Part shown: piece by piece, positions 35,341-37,723 of the stretch
Layout of the letters: the number at the start of each line of letters is the position of its first letter
Numbering within the stretch: the first letter of the stretch is position 1
Assembly (NCBI RefSeq): GCF_001194135.2
Contig: NC_068982.1
Coordinates: forward strand, 146,582,379 to 146,620,101
Source of the DNA: Octopus bimaculoides
Lineage: Eukaryota
Length of the DNA: 37,723 nt
Direction: 5' to 3'
Notes under the pieces: model-generated
Databases searched by the model: none
Told to the model about the DNA's origin: nothing
What the model saw: the letters and a program-made list of their open reading frames with translations, nothing else
Translations under genes and position numbers: made by a program

Positions 35341-36321
35341 TAGTGATTGAAACACTGAAGAAAAATACCGAAACCGTTTTACGATTGGGTAATCTGTTTA
35401 ATTTTTTCTTTTTTCTCTCTTTTTTTTAGCAGCTGATGAACAGAAAATTTAAGATTAATGGAATTTATTTGAGGTAAAATAGGTATCATTTGTTGCTTAT
35501 CATGTTTGTATATACTTGAAGGCGTTTAATAATCGTATTAAACACATTTTAAAAAAATAATAAAATGAAACTTTTCTCAGTCGTCATTCAATATTTTATT
35601 TCATTATATTAACTGACACATAAAAGATTTTAATCCGATCAAACCTATAATAGCCTATATGAACGCTTAAGTATCTGATATCGAAGAGAGTTTATAACAG
35701 ATAGCTGAATAAGAACACGGTTTTACTATGCGTGTGGTAGGAGCACTCAGACAGTCATACGTTCTTTTAATTCGTGATTCGTGATCAGTTACTGAATGTT
35801 GTTGACATATTGACCAGAGTCGTTTGAAATAGAGCTTCGTGAGAAGTCATATTTTACATCACTTAAAGTTTAATGTCCGTTAAAAGTTACTGGGCTTTCA
35901 AAATTTTGACTGTAACTTCGGTGTATATTTTTGCAAGTGATTATTATATAATGAACTATATCAAATCAGCGCATAAGCCGTTTTAAATCGTGCAAATATT
36001 TTTATGCATTCAGAAGTAATTCATGTCTGAAAGAGCTGTTAAAGTACAATAAATCACAATTTCTATTGAAAATAAAATTAAGAATTTAGTAAAATAAATA
36101 ATAAAATAAATATCTGCTTCGTAAAATATTCGATATGTCTATGCTCTGTGCCGGAAGGTAGTACTTTCCTTCTTTCGACGACGATTCGTGAAGGTGGGTA
36201 TCTATTGTTGACCTTCAAGTTCACCTATCAATTGACGTTGTTCCATTCCGGGTTCCTCTGTTCTTTTATGAATTATTGATAGACAGGTTCTAAAACCAGA
36301 CTAACTGTAGTAGTGATTATA

Positions 36322-36525
36322 TTCTTTTATTCATTTATTCTTTTATTCATTTCAGTCATTTGACTGCGGCCATGCTGGAGCACAGCGTTTAGTCGAACAA
36401 ATCGGCCCCAGGACTTATTCTTTGTAAGCCTAGTACTTATTCTTTCGTTCTCGTTCGCCGAACCGCTAAGTTACGGAGATATATATAAACACACCAGCAT
36501 CGGTTGTCAAGCGATAGCGGGTGGA

Positions 36526-36618
<93 letters not shown>

Positions 36619-36781
36619 GACGGGTTTCTTTCAGTTTCCGTCTACCACATCCACTCACAAGGCCTTGGTTGGCCCAGGGTTATAGTAGAAGATACTTGAC
36701 CAAGGTGTAACGCAGTGGGACTGAACCCGGAACCATGTGGATGGTAAGCATGTTACTTACCATACAGCCACTCCTGTACCT
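36322..36781 (-). mobile_element. SINE family A, full length with expanded internal (CA)n(TA)n
   Basis: A-box-like GTGGCTGTATGGTAAG and B-box-like GGTTCAGTCCC on the minus strand; internal microsatellite ~36525-36617. Confidence 0.92.
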
Positions 36782-36920
36782 ATATATCTATATAAAAACG
36801 AAAACTTCTTGTTATAACTTTCAATGTTTTACCAATGCCATCGTACAACAAAGGGGCACGCACTGTAAAAGAACACGAAAACGAAAGATATAAAAGCCAG
36901 AAAAATAGGGTCTATAAATA

Positions 36921-37450
36921 CAGGGTGTTCAGGCTAAATTTGACGATATCCTATGTCTCCATTTTTCAGCTTGGTCTAATGGTGAACAGTCAACAGCAAT
37001 GGAAAACATAATGACTAAATTTGTAGTTGAGAAAAGTCAGCTGACATGGAAGCCTGGAAGCCATCTCAATATTGGAAAAGAAATACCTATATTATAATGA
37101 TTCACATCGGGTATCAAAATGCCGACATTGTGACTGCTACTTAATGTTCTGTGAACACTGTAAAGGTTGTAAGATGTAGCATGGACAGCTACAATGGAGA
37201 CTACGAAGTTGTGGCCACTAGGAAGGGACACAGCTGGCTTTCTGATTAAGCTGGAACGCCGGAATTTATCCCCACACTTTTGAACAGGGTTCCAGATTCA
37301 ATTCAGGCAGCTATGTGAATGTTCCAATTTCTGGTCTTCTAATTACCCCAATTGTAATTTCAAGGATTACTACGTGTTTGATACGGTTGGGAAAGAAATC
37401 AGCCACTTAGCCTGCAATACCATAGCCAAACTGTTGCCAAGGAAAAATAA
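36921..37450 (+). mobile_element. Internally deleted, 3'-truncated maT-like Tc1/mariner remnant
   Basis: TA then CAGGGTGTTCAGG terminus; N-terminal MEAWKPSQYWKR..; QGSRFNSGSYVNV; NFWSSNYPNCNFKDYYVF (cf. WPPxSPDxNPLDYxVW). No right TIR in the window. Confidence 0.7.
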
Positions 37451-37689
37451 GTCACCGGTATCCATAGATAGCACTATTTGGTTCTTTTTCTAGATTCTCC
37501 TTCACGGCATAATTCGAGAATTTATAATCAGTGAATCTAAATTGATTTTGAAATTAAAAACAATTTATTTCTTTCCTTCATTATATGTTCAGTCAAGTAT
37601 ATTCTCAATTCTATTTCGAAAAAGTTACTAGTTTTCTTGTCGTCTTTCAGCCAAGAACTAATATGTATACCGATGTGTGTAATGTGACG

Positions 37690-37690
<1 letters not shown>

Positions 37691-37723
<33 letters not shown>
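37691..37723. repeat. (CA)n microsatellite
   Basis: Direct read. Confidence 0.95.

Noticed and set aside
3837-36781. Strand bias of SINE-A (6 of 8 on minus) as evidence for a host transcription unit
   Set aside because: Too few copies to be significant.
36700-36781. tRNA gene calls at SINE heads (also 19300-19370, 31579-31640, 34520-34591)
   Set aside because: A/B-box-like motifs continue directly into SINE bodies and give no complete cloverleaf; tRNA-derived, not tRNAs.
979-37722. Dozens of ORFs rich in YIYIYI, THTHTH, CVCVCV, MYVCMYV or X runs
   Set aside because: They are translations of microsatellites and N-gaps, which lack stop codons in some frames; not genes.

Overview
This is AT-rich, microsatellite-saturated eukaryotic DNA with four N-gaps. 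It is most likely an intronic or intergenic region of a cephalopod (Octopus-like) genome; that is my inference from the repeat families and simple-repeat density, not a database result. I can recognise no intact protein-coding gene, and almost all ORFs in the track are microsatellite, gap or transposon artefacts. The window holds layered mobile elements: three tRNA-headed SINE families (A, 8 copies with an internal microsatellite; B, about 10 copies, six within 1 kb; D, one copy with a 12-bp TSD), two mariner remnants, a complete but dead DD37D (maT) element plus a deleted relative, a hAT remnant, an RTE-like LINE remnant, two R4/Dong-like LINE pieces fused head-to-head, and a fold-back MITE. 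The best leads are: (1) a near-perfect ~127-bp palindrome within an (AAT)n/(ATT)n-anchored retroposon nest at 27.0-29.8 kb; (2) inverted SINE-B pairs joined at an AATATT palindrome, which are candidate dsRNA/ADAR substrates; (3) a ready-made 68-nt cryptic exon in antisense SINE-A copies; (4) a domain shared between SINE-A and SINE-B; (5) an unexplained 196-bp direct repeat. I found no convincing new multi-gene system. Repeat coordinates are approximate unless termini or TSDs are quoted.
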